Positions 1 through 8,274 of a DNA stretch of 18,202 nucleotides are shown one piece after another (the first letter of the stretch is position 1; each line of letters starts with the position of its first letter). This stretch comes from Candidatus Thorarchaeota archaeon. Its GTDB lineage: Archaea > Asgardarchaeota > Thorarchaeia > Thorarchaeales > Thorarchaeaceae. The DNA lies in NCBI GenBank assembly GCA_048882385.1, contig JBHLRQ010000065.1, forward strand, positions 1-18,202, in the 5' to 3' direction. The translations under genes were made by a program, and so were the position numbers. The notes under the pieces were generated by a model. It had not been told where the DNA came from, did no database searches, and saw only the letters and a program-made list of their open reading frames with translations.

Positions 1-1
1 T

Positions 2-763
2 AGTAGGATCCAGAGATCTCCGACGGATTGATCCTATTATCATCTTTAGTAGAAATAGGACACATGCGGGAATTGTCACCATTATGACAAGCCAGAAATA
101 TGATGGTGCTATGGAATGAACCAGAAAGAGAACTGAACCAGCTAAAGATCCTAAAATATCTAGAATTGAAGATTCATAGGCTGACTCTTTTATCAAATTC
201 TCGGGTAGAGTTAGAATTTTCTGTACGCTTGACCATTCAGGATAGCTTCTGACAAAAAGTATCTCGTGATTGCGTTCTCGAATATATGTTACTACGCCAA
301 ATGCAATGATGACAATAAGAAGTTGTATGGCAAGGACAGTTGATGCCAGGAAATTAAGCCAAATTGGCCCGATTAAGGTTGATAATATGGTGATGATAGA
401 TGCCCAAATAATTGCAACAGATCCAGTCTGAAGAAGAGCTCCTAAGTAAGATTTGACTTCCTTTTTGGGCGTTTCATATTCTTCTATCTTTTCCTGTTCA
501 ATTGGATGTGCACCCTGTTCAAGTGGTATTGTGTCAGGCAACATTGAGTATTTGTATTCACGTGCAACCTCGCTTGGAGCTCCAAACTGAGCTACAACCT
601 TTTTGGCTGATTGTGAAGTGATTTCACCTCCTCCCATTTCTCTTGCAGTTTCAATCATATAGCTCCTCAGCTCAGAAATAACATCCTCGGAGATTGATTC
701 AGGTAAGTGTTCATTGACTAAACCCAAGTATTCCTCAATGATAATTTCAGGATTTTCCGTCAT
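2..763 (-). CDS. HAAS-domain (DUF1700-like) polytopic membrane protein, 3' end beyond the window
   Basis: Not in the ORF track. I translated it from ATG at 763 (ATGA overlap with the PadR stop; AAGGAGG SD about 10 nt upstream): MTENPEIIIEEYLGLVNEHLPESISEDVISELRSYMIETAREMGGGEITSQSAKKVVAQFGAPSEVAREYKYS. The YL...EL.....FG.P.EVA.EY pattern is typical of HAAS domains, and several hydrophobic segments follow. The frame is open to the window edge. Confidence 0.85.
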   Translation of the reverse strand, partial: MTENPEIIIEEYLGLVNEHLPESISEDVISELRSYMIETAREMGGGEITSQSAKKVVAQFGAPSEVAREYKYSMLPDTIPLEQGAHPIEQEKIEEYETPKKEVKSYLGALLQTGSVAIIWASIITILSTLIGPIWLNFLASTVLAIQLLIVIIAFGVVTYIRERNHEILFVRSYPEWSSVQKILTLPENLIKESAYESSILDILGSLAGSVLFLVHSIAPSYFWLVIMVTIPACVLFLLKMIIGSIRRRSLDPT

Positions 764-1137
764 TTCAGCCCTGCCTCCTTTGTTAACTCCATTAATTGAT
801 TGTTCAAACTTTGCCAACTCTTTACCATCATCCGTAGAATTCTTCGACCATCTCTTGTAACATAATACAGCCGCCTTCGCTTACCCGATGCATCAGACCA
901 TCTACCTTCAAGTATTCCTCTCTTCTCTAAACGCCTTAGCAGAGGATATGTTGTACTTGGTTCAAGTTGAAGTGCGTCAAACTCTTCATTCCCAAGTTTC
1001 TTCATAATGTCATAACCATAGGATTCCCCATCCAAAATGATCGCTAGAATGGCCAATGACAAGGCACCTCGCCTGATTTCGAGTGACCAACGTTCGTATT
1101 CAATCTCAGGACCGGTTTTGTCATCACTGTCAACCAT
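760..1137 (-). CDS. PadR-family winged-helix transcriptional regulator (short type)
   Basis: RRGALSLAILAIL...SYGYDIMK...STTYPLLRRLEKRG...RRRLYYVTRDGRR is the PadR signature. The start is set at ATG 1137 because GGTGATTGAGG (SD-like) precedes it; the ORF track starts at 1146. Confidence 0.92.
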   Translation of the reverse strand: MVDSDDKTGPEIEYERWSLEIRRGALSLAILAIILDGESYGYDIMKKLGNEEFDALQLEPSTTYPLLRRLEKRGILEGRWSDASGKRRRLYYVTRDGRRILRMMVKSWQSLNNQLMELTKEAGLK

Positions 1138-1159
1138 AGTCCTCAATCACCATGATTAC

Positions 1160-1198
1160 TATGTAGAACGATATAGTATGTGGCACGATATATATTTT
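1160..1198. promoter_or_regulatory. Two tandem pseudo-palindromic operator-like repeats plus a TATA-like element for padR (minus strand)
   Basis: TATGTAGAACGATATA (1160-1175) and TATGTGGCACGATATA (1177-1192) are 14/16 identical with a 17-bp period. The minus-strand AAAATATATAT at 1188-1198 overlaps the second copy. Confidence 0.6.
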
Positions 1199-1275
1199 AC
1201 TCTGTCTATTTTAGACTGAAAGAAGGCCCCAAACACCTTAATATGGAACAATATCATCGGACCCTTGAGGTGCTC

Positions 1276-1671
1276 GTGCTGAGTATAATTGACCATATTA
1301 CAACGCTGCTTGATGATGTGGAAATAAAATACACTCGTGAAGACAATGTTCTGATGATGCGTTGGAAGACAGACCACTTTGAGGATCTGAAAATCAAGAT
1401 CGTATCAAACAAAGATGAATCATGGGCTTACATTGTAGCTCCTTTCACTAATTTCTATGAAGTTGAAGAAAGCAAGAGGATGAAGCTTGCATACGATATG
1501 CTCAAAGAATCTTGGAAGGCTAATGGTGTAAAGTTCGCAATTGACGATGACGATGACATCATTGTCATCGCTGAAACAAATGACACGGACCTCACTGGCG
1601 ATGAGATACGAACCCTAGTGGGCCATGTAGTACATGCTTGTGATACTCTCTGGGAAATCTATCCTGCATAA
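1276..1671 (+). CDS. YbjN/CesT (type III secretion chaperone fold)-like protein
   Basis: About 130 aa and acidic, with the pattern MLKESWKANGVKFAIDDDDDIIVIAE...LTGDEIRTLV resembling YbjN-like proteins. Likely start is GTG 1276 after SD GAGGTG (1267-1272); the track ORF begins at 1180. Confidence 0.7.
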   Translation: MLSIIDHITTLLDDVEIKYTREDNVLMMRWKTDHFEDLKIKIVSNKDESWAYIVAPFTNFYEVEESKRMKLAYDMLKESWKANGVKFAIDDDDDIIVIAETNDTDLTGDEIRTLVGHVVHACDTLWEIYPA

Positions 1672-1770
1672 ATTCCCTTTCAATTGACACCTGGTTTTAA
1701 TACCGGGCATCACCCTTCGGGATATAGGTTCGACATCTTCATAAGTCGAAAGACAGCGCTGGTGTAGTTC

Positions 1771-2310
1771 ATGACTAAAAAAGGCCCTGAAGCATTCCCT
1801 CGTGAGAAAATGGAGCGGCTTGTGAACATCTTCTATCCAAAACGAGCATCCTTCATTTTTTACTATGTTTTTGGTGTGGTTGTTTTCATTGTTGGCCTTG
1901 GTTTCAATGTAACTGCCGCTGCTGACTTTATTATCCACAATATGGTTTCATGGGTTGCTGGATTAGCAGCAATGCTCTTAGGAATTCTCATTTTCGCTTT
2001 AGCTGAAAGTCGAAGATGGTTTACACTGTATATCATCACATCATGGAATGTAAGAGTGAGAAAAGGAGTTCTCCATAGAAGGACTGTAAGAGTCTTCTAT
2101 GACGAAATAACTAATGTCATAAGTTGTGGTCCTACTGATGAACGCCGAATTGGGATGGGGGATGTTGAAATCTATTCGAGCTCAGATACTACAAAGCCTA
2201 CGCTGGTCTTCGATGGTGTCCACAATCCTGATGGTGTAAAGGAAATTATCTTGAGATTTGTAATGACTACCTCGGATCCACCCCCATGGGCACACCTTGA
2301 TCGAACATGA
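1771..2310 (+). CDS. Membrane protein with bacterial PH domain (bPH_2-like)
   Basis: Two N-terminal TM helices, then YIITSWNVRVRKGVLHRRTVRVFYDEITNV...ERRIGMGDVEIYS...FDGVHNPDGVKEII, matching the bPH_2 pattern. Confidence 0.8.
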   Translation: MTKKGPEAFPREKMERLVNIFYPKRASFIFYYVFGVVVFIVGLGFNVTAAADFIIHNMVSWVAGLAAMLLGILIFALAESRRWFTLYIITSWNVRVRKGVLHRRTVRVFYDEITNVISCGPTDERRIGMGDVEIYSSSDTTKPTLVFDGVHNPDGVKEIILRFVMTTSDPPPWAHLDRT

Positions 2311-2348
2311 AAAAGAGAAAGGTCTGCTGAGATGATGTCACCTCAGCA
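2311..2348 (-). terminator. Hairpin plus pyrimidine tract ending the 812-aa gene
   Basis: Minus strand TGCTGAGGTGA-CA-TCATCTCAGCA (2325-2348; a G-U pair forms only on the minus strand), followed by GACCTTTCTCTTTTT. It lies between convergent genes. Confidence 0.6.
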
Positions 2349-2359
2349 ATCCTTGTCAA

Positions 2360-4798
2360 TTACTTCTTTCCACTTCTTTTCTTAGAGAGTACGAAGACAA
2401 TCACCAACACAACAATAATTCCCCCGCCGATGAGTGCAAGAAGCATTGGATCGACCGAAAGTCCCGCAACAACCTCGAATGAACCAGTAACGGAGCTCCA
2501 AGTACCGACACCACTCTCCATGAAGATTGTGAAGTTCATTATACCTGGAACATCTGGAGTCCACGAATGCGAGTATCGGTCCCCTAGAGATGTCATCGTA
2601 TGATTGGAACCATCGTATTCGATGAGTACTTGATTGACTCCGAGGAAGTATGTGACGTTCGAGGCAACCTCAACTTCCTCACCAAGAGGTACAGGTGATG
2701 GTGTCACAAGAGGTCCATCAAAATCGGGGACTGAAGTCAAGACTTCATACTTGAAGCTCAACTCTTTCCATGAGGTCCAGATACCAGTGATGTCACATGT
2801 ACGTACTCTGGAGTAGTATCTTGTTGCATCCACAAGTGGTAATCCTGCATATTCAACATCGCTTTCAGGTCGAATGAAATCTATAGACATGTCATAAGTA
2901 AGAGTACCATTTCCTACACTATCGAACCCTCCACTATTTAGATCCCAAGCATGATATCCGCCTTCACTTCCGCCTTCATATGTGAATAAGCAGATAGCGT
3001 TACCGCTAATTAGTGATCCCCAACGGAATTCTACCAGCAGATCCATCTCATTCTTGAAATAGAATATATTGTCAACATCAACAACCATTACTGAACCTAA
3101 GTTGCGGACAGTGTAGTTCGCTTCACTCAGTACTAGCGTGGGAGTAACGCCTCCGTAATTATATGTCCAGGTACCATTTTGTAGTCTACCTAAGACAGGG
3201 GTTTCACAAAGATATACTTCGAAGTCTTCAAACTGGACATCAGTTCCTCCAATAAAGACATTGAAGAATAGCTTGTCAATATAACCTGTCTTTGATATCA
3301 GTGAATTGTTGTACTTCCACACAATCCTGCCTGGATATCCCACTGTGGTATCGAATGGAGACGAAATGCCGATAGGTGATTCAGATGTATAAATCTCTTC
3401 AGATACTAGTTCAATATCCAAACTATGACATCTTGGGGAGAGATACCCCGCAGTAGTGGCAGTATAGTCTCCTGCCTGTCCATATTCGTAAGCCACCCAT
3501 CCAACGGATGAACTGGCATCAAGCTCTGAAATTGAAAGGGTTCCATCCAGACCTGTAAACCTAATTTCAATTATCAGACTCAAATGATGGTTTAGGACAA
3601 AGCTGTTTTCCACATCTATTGTCAAAATACTGTCATGGATGAACGCCTCGTAAGCATCAGTTCTCAGAACAGTGATCGGAATCGCATTACCATAATTGCC
3701 CTCGAAATCAGAACCAAGTGCTCCGGAAGTTACTGTGCTTGCCATCCTTACAACTAGATTCTCTAATGTAAGTGCTCCTTCATCCTTAACCACGTAGAAA
3801 TGAAGCTTATCAACAGTGCCTGATCGATTTAGTATGGAACTATCGTACTTGTACTGGAATCTTACCTCGCTATCAGTTTCAAATGGTATTGCATTCTGAG
3901 ATAAGTTGGCATAGAATATAGGCTGGATTGAAGTACTCGAGTCACTCCACAACATTGTTTCATTATAGATAGGATCATTCCATACTTCAACTTCATACCC
4001 GTATTGGAAATCGTTTGGATCTGGATCATAATGCATCCATGAAATCATTGGCGTCGGATTTTGGATATAATCAAGTAGAGGTCCAGATGAAATCCCCTCA
4101 ATAGTGACTTCCTCGATTGATGGTGTTGTATAGCTCACTGCAAGGTAAGCTGCTCTAAACTGATCATACTCGTCTTCAATGAATCCTCTTCCACTTATCA
4201 GACTAATCGATTCATCATGATTTTTCAATACTTCAGTCAGAATCTTATCGCCAGATAGTGATGTACGAAAATCTTGTGTCACATCCCAACTGTGCCATTC
4301 ACCAATTACGAAATCATCAATAACATCAGTGGGTGTTTGAGAGAATGAAGGTTGATTATTCCAAGTAATCAAGGTTTCATCCCAAGAATCATCATCGCAA
4401 TAGTACGCTCCTATAGGAACATCAGTAGATGATACAACCACTCCCTGGAGGAATGCAAACATCTGAACATTGGAAAATACAAATTCTTCTGCAATATGTG
4501 AAAGATCAAATTTGACAAATGATCTAGCAAGGCTATTAGAACCATCCAGTCCGACTAACAGGCCTCCTAAACTGGTTTGACCATGATAATTCGAATCTCC
4601 AGTGCTCCAATTCAAAACGGTTTCTTCTTCATAAACAGGTACGATTAGCGTTTCAAAACTCCCATCTTCACTACATATTGGTTGATTAGAATCTGCTAGT
4701 TTAAACTCAAAGGCTAAATTGAAATCTGAAGCAGTTGGCATCACTAGTACTAGGCATATCATTAATACAATCATACTGCAAAATAATCGATTCCTCAT
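2360..4798 (-). CDS. Secreted, membrane-anchored surface protein: DNRLRE (CBM96-like) domain, FN3-like domain split by two internal repeats, Ig-like domain, C-terminal TM anchor
   Basis: N-terminal signal peptide; RSFVKFDLSHI and WDETLITWNNQP (DNRLRE-type motifs); PMISW..DPDPNDFQYGYEVEVW and YAGLPL..ATRYYSRVRTCD.TG.WTSW (FN3 like the GH78 N-terminal domain); C-terminal LLALIGGGIIVVLVIVFVL-SKKRSGKK. Confidence 0.8.
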   Translation of the reverse strand: MRNRLFCSMIVLMICLVLVMPTASDFNLAFEFKLADSNQPICSEDGSFETLIVPVYEEETVLNWSTGDSNYHGQTSLGGLLVGLDGSNSLARSFVKFDLSHIAEEFVFSNVQMFAFLQGVVVSSTDVPIGAYYCDDDSWDETLITWNNQPSFSQTPTDVIDDFVIGEWHSWDVTQDFRTSLSGDKILTEVLKNHDESISLISGRGFIEDEYDQFRAAYLAVSYTTPSIEEVTIEGISSGPLLDYIQNPTPMISWMHYDPDPNDFQYGYEVEVWNDPIYNETMLWSDSSTSIQPIFYANLSQNAIPFETDSEVRFQYKYDSSILNRSGTVDKLHFYVVKDEGALTLENLVVRMASTVTSGALGSDFEGNYGNAIPITVLRTDAYEAFIHDSILTIDVENSFVLNHHLSLIIEIRFTGLDGTLSISELDASSSVGWVAYEYGQAGDYTATTAGYLSPRCHSLDIELVSEEIYTSESPIGISSPFDTTVGYPGRIVWKYNNSLISKTGYIDKLFFNVFIGGTDVQFEDFEVYLCETPVLGRLQNGTWTYNYGGVTPTLVLSEANYTVRNLGSVMVVDVDNIFYFKNEMDLLVEFRWGSLISGNAICLFTYEGGSEGGYHAWDLNSGGFDSVGNGTLTYDMSIDFIRPESDVEYAGLPLVDATRYYSRVRTCDITGIWTSWKELSFKYEVLTSVPDFDGPLVTPSPVPLGEEVEVASNVTYFLGVNQVLIEYDGSNHTMTSLGDRYSHSWTPDVPGIMNFTIFMESGVGTWSSVTGSFEVVAGLSVDPMLLALIGGGIIVVLVIVFVLSKKRSGKK

Positions 4799-4975
4799 TT
4801 CATCCCCTCAATGATCAGATCATTCTCAGACTTCACCCTTATTGAGTTGGATATGTTGATTGCAATGCGATTCGTGTCTTATTTTTCTTGTGAGTAAACT
4901 ATAGAAGCCCTCAAAAGCTATCAACACAAAAGAAATCAAGGTTCGATACAAAAAGAAAAGTGGAGAGGTATAGAG

Positions 4976-5707
4976 GTGACCCGTTTCACCATTAGGTATG
5001 TTGCATCAGATGGCGAGAAATATCAGGTTGAGAAAGATGACTATTACACTGAAATAGACCTCTCAGACTCCAGCATAAAATCCATCAGTCTTGAGCCACT
5101 TGGCCAGTGCTCAAGTCTGGAAAAATTGAATCTAGACACAAACCTTCTGACTGAGATAGATCTATCACCTTTATCAAACTGCTCTAGTTTAAAGATGCTC
5201 AGCATCACTTCTAATGAACTAACAGACATTGAACTAGAACCTCTCTCCAAATGCTATGCACTCCAAGCTCTGGAGCTTTCTGACAATATGCTATTTGAGA
5301 TAGATTTGGAACCTCTGAGAAAATGCACTTCACTCCGTTGGTTGTATGTTGCAGATAACCGTCTTAGAGATATTGATCTTTCGCCACTCGAGGATAATTC
5401 AAAATTACAGTATCTCGTTCTATCTGGCAATCTTCTTAGAGAGATTGACCTATCATGCCTAAGTAAAGCAGAGGACCTCAGGTATCTTCATCTAAATGAG
5501 AATGCGTTGGAGCGAATTGACATCTCTGTACTTTTCAACTTTGAAAATCTTGAATCACTCGTAATTGACGAAAAAACAGTCATTACTGCAAATCACAAGC
5601 TCAAACACCTTCATTACTTTCCTGATCCTATAAACGAGAGACTCGATGATATTGAATGGTCTCATGAAGTTGTGGAATCTGGAATTGAAAGAGATAGTAC
5701 AACATAA
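4976..5707 (+). CDS. Leucine-rich repeat protein (24-aa LxxLxLxxNxLxxIDLxPLxxCxx repeats), no signal peptide
   Basis: Six full plus partial 24-aa repeats. GTG start preceded by GGAGAGGT. Confidence 0.92.
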   Translation: MTRFTIRYVASDGEKYQVEKDDYYTEIDLSDSSIKSISLEPLGQCSSLEKLNLDTNLLTEIDLSPLSNCSSLKMLSITSNELTDIELEPLSKCYALQALELSDNMLFEIDLEPLRKCTSLRWLYVADNRLRDIDLSPLEDNSKLQYLVLSGNLLREIDLSCLSKAEDLRYLHLNENALERIDISVLFNFENLESLVIDEKTVITANHKLKHLHYFPDPINERLDDIEWSHEVVESGIERDSTT

Positions 5708-5773
5708 TACTCAACGATTTATGAAGAGTGATTAAACTGAAAAATGCGTGGATGACGTACAGGGGCCTCTCCT

Positions 5774-6610
5774 ATGTCTGAGATTCTCATAAAATTCACA
5801 ATCGAAAAGGGAACTGAACTTATTTTTCAAGCAAACAATGATGTTTCAGAAATTGACCTTTCGGGAAGAAGTATAGTAGAAATAGACCTTAGTCCACTTG
5901 TTGAATGTGTAAATCTTCGAAATCTTAACCTATCTGCCAATCTCATCAAAAGCATTAATCTTGAACCACTTAGTCAGTGCGCTAGCTTAGAGAAATTATT
6001 CCTCAGCTCAAATCTTTTGACGTCTCTTGATCTTTCTCCTTTGGCTTCTTGCACAAATTTAGATACTTTATCTCTTGAGATCAACAAGTTGCAGAGGATT
6101 GATCTCTCTCCGCTTTTAAATTGCCTTAGATTACAGGAACTCAATCTTCACTCTAATGACTTTATTACAATCGACCTTTCTCCACTAGGTAGGTGCTCAG
6201 GACTAAGGTTTCTTAGACTAGACAGTAATCAGCTCTATGATGTGGATCTTGAACCCATATCCAAATGTTCGAGTCTTCAGGAACTCTTCCTGGAGAATAA
6301 TCGACTTGAAACTGTAGACTTGTCTCCTGTTAGTGGATTGACATCTCTGGAAGGCTTATGGCTTCGTTCGATCCAGATTCTACAGATAGACCTGCATCCA
6401 TTGATGGAGTGTACCAATCTTCTCTGGTTAGATTTAAGTGAGAATCAAATGAAGACAGTGGATGTTTCTCCACTATTCTATTGTAAAGACCTAGAATCCT
6501 TCATGATTGATGAAGCAATTCCTCTAATGGCAAAAGTTGAGTTAAATGATGCAGATTGGCCTATAGCGTTTGAATCAATAAAAGAACGAATCTTCTGGGT
6601 GCAGAATTAA
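5774..6610 (+). CDS. Leucine-rich repeat protein, paralog of the upstream gene
   Basis: Eight full plus partial 24-aa repeats. It shares the short N-cap (I.(Y/F)....G) and the C-cap (LES..IDE.....A...L....P.....ER...W) with the upstream LRR. Confidence 0.92.
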   Translation: MSEILIKFTIEKGTELIFQANNDVSEIDLSGRSIVEIDLSPLVECVNLRNLNLSANLIKSINLEPLSQCASLEKLFLSSNLLTSLDLSPLASCTNLDTLSLEINKLQRIDLSPLLNCLRLQELNLHSNDFITIDLSPLGRCSGLRFLRLDSNQLYDVDLEPISKCSSLQELFLENNRLETVDLSPVSGLTSLEGLWLRSIQILQIDLHPLMECTNLLWLDLSENQMKTVDVSPLFYCKDLESFMIDEAIPLMAKVELNDADWPIAFESIKERIFWVQN

Positions 6611-6655
6611 GCTCTTCTGTCATACCCCGGTGACACTAGCTCTAATCTTGCGTTA

Positions 6656-7342
6656 ATGCAATTTGAACCTGTGGAATTCATGACTGCCACTGATGATAAT
6701 ACAGCTAGAATGACTCTCCGGATTGCAGGTGTATATCAAGAGATACGTGATATTTGGGCAAAGAGATTGGACAAGTATTTCACACAGATAGAATCTCTAA
6801 TTGACGGGCAATGGTTAGAAACTGAAGACATTCTTGGCATAATCAAAGAATCACGTTTGGCATCTCGTGAAGCTTTGGATGGTCTGGGTAGCGATTTGAG
6901 TTCTGAGCTTGTTCATGCTTCTAATGGCATTGTGGCTAGATATGAAGCTATGAGGTCCTCACTTGTTGAAGAAATTGTAGATTTACGAAATGAAATTAGT
7001 AATTTAACTTCGGGAGATGAAAACTCTCTAAGACGAGAAAACATTGCATTGAAAGATGCTGTATTCTCAGTACCTGAGTTTAAACTCCTTCAGGTCATTC
7101 AAAAACATCGAAGAACCACATATGATCAACTGTGTAATGAAACGAGTCAAAAGAAATCAGTTATTCGAAAGCTTGTGAAAGCACTAATGAGTAGAGGTTA
7201 CATTAACATCGATAAAAAAGCTCGTCCTCATGCTATTGTATATCTCTTTGCTCCATGGAATCAGATGAATTCTGATGATCAACAGATCCTTGATCAACAG
7301 CTGTCTTCACCTTATTTACACGCTCAAGCTGAACATCGCTAG
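6656..7342 (+). CDS. Helical/coiled-coil protein with C-terminal winged helix-turn-helix
   Basis: Heptad region LVEEIVDLRNEISNL...LRRENIALKD, then EFKLLQVIQKHRRTTYDQLCNETSQKKSVIRKLVKALMSRGYINID, which reads as a wHTH. Confidence 0.7.
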   Translation: MQFEPVEFMTATDDNTARMTLRIAGVYQEIRDIWAKRLDKYFTQIESLIDGQWLETEDILGIIKESRLASREALDGLGSDLSSELVHASNGIVARYEAMRSSLVEEIVDLRNEISNLTSGDENSLRRENIALKDAVFSVPEFKLLQVIQKHRRTTYDQLCNETSQKKSVIRKLVKALMSRGYINIDKKARPHAIVYLFAPWNQMNSDDQQILDQQLSSPYLHAQAEHR

Positions 7343-8207
7343 CCCCTAGTCGTTTTGCTATTCTTCGCATCACTTTACTTGTCCAACCAATTGTTAGCTC
7401 ATTGATTATGATTATTGGAATTAGAAATGCCATTAACATAAATGGCAGACCAATGGTCCATCCCAAACTGACAAGAATCTCTGATATCTCCAAATCTACT
7501 CCAACTACAACAAACTTTTGGAAGAAGTATCGATTAAACATAGTAATTGGAAAAGCAAGAATACCAAACCCTCCAACAAGATTCGAATACCAACGTCCTA
7601 CGCCTTCTGTGTCTGGACAACGTCTCATTTCAAGATGATCTGGTTTCACATGAGCTACTATACCCGCATCATTCAATATCCAAGTAGGAGAAAATATCGC
7701 AATACTTACCACTAAACCGATTAATGCTCCGAGCATTGTTAGTAGAGGATGCAATGAACGAATAACTTCCCTCACATCACCTTCAGGAATTTGAGGAATC
7801 CGAAAGATTAATCCTTGGAGAAGACTGTTTACTATTTCTCCCAGAGATAATGCAAACAAAGCTGGGACAACAGATCTCTTCATAATTCTGAACCAATCAA
7901 ATCCATGGCCAATATTCATGATGTCAATGTTATACGTGGCAAATCGGAACATTCTTGCTATCACAAGCAAGATCAGAGCAATTGGTAGTGTCAGTATAAT
8001 AAACTCGATGAAGAATATTGGGATCAAGATAAGTAGAAGGAAGTTGACATCAAAACCTACTGTTCCATCAACCGCTGTAATAAGGTCAAATGTAGGTAAA
8101 AGGCCAGTTACTGTCAATGTAAGATTCCTTGTTAGAAAAAGGGTTAATATAATGCCAGCTGCTGAAAATAGTATTGGTAGAACAAATCGTTTGTAATCAT
8201 CTGACAT
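7233..8207 (-). CDS. Uncharacterised polytopic membrane protein (about 6 TM)
   Basis: 324-aa ORF with multiple hydrophobic segments and SD-like GTAGGT upstream. No family recognised. Confidence 0.8.
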   Translation of the reverse strand: MSDDYKRFVLPILFSAAGIILTLFLTRNLTLTVTGLLPTFDLITAVDGTVGFDVNFLLLILIPIFFIEFIILTLPIALILLVIARMFRFATYNIDIMNIGHGFDWFRIMKRSVVPALFALSLGEIVNSLLQGLIFRIPQIPEGDVREVIRSLHPLLTMLGALIGLVVSIAIFSPTWILNDAGIVAHVKPDHLEMRRCPDTEGVGRWYSNLVGGFGILAFPITMFNRYFFQKFVVVGVDLEISEILVSLGWTIGLPFMLMAFLIPIIIINELTIGWTSKVMRRIAKRLGASDVQLERVNKVKTAVDQGSVDHQNSSDSMEQRDIQ

Positions 8208-8274
8208 TGAAACTACCTACAGCCACAAATCTTCTTAGAACATCTAAGCATATCGGTGCTTGCCCTTCCTAACG

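Noticed and set aside
1720-1771. tRNA-like fragments GGTTCGA and GCTGGTGTAGTTCA (possible permuted or split tRNA)
   Set aside because: No T-stem pairs around TTCGA, and no acceptor or anticodon arm can be built.
1159-1938. Minus-strand track ORFs 1159-1377 and 1615-1938, plus the other short antisense or nested ORFs in the track
   Set aside because: They are shadows of well-supported genes on the opposite strand or frame, with no motifs or SD signals.
4976-5035. Ubiquitin-like look of the LRR N-terminus (FTIRYVASDGEKYQVE)
   Set aside because: Only about 25 aa precede the first LRR, too short for a beta-grasp domain. It is better explained as a beta-hairpin N-cap.
4976-6610. LRR repeats as a CRISPR array or a DGR template/variable pair
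   Set aside because: The 72-nt periodicity is protein-level with heavy synonymous divergence. There are no identical DNA repeats, no adenine-specific differences and no reverse transcriptase in the window.
6618-6635. TGTCA-N8-TGACA resembling the palindrome at 9982
   Set aside because: Only 5-bp arms and a different spacer, so compatible with chance.
4976-7342. Split NLR-type immune receptor
   Set aside because: No NTPase (Walker A/B), TIR or nuclease domain is present in or near the cluster.
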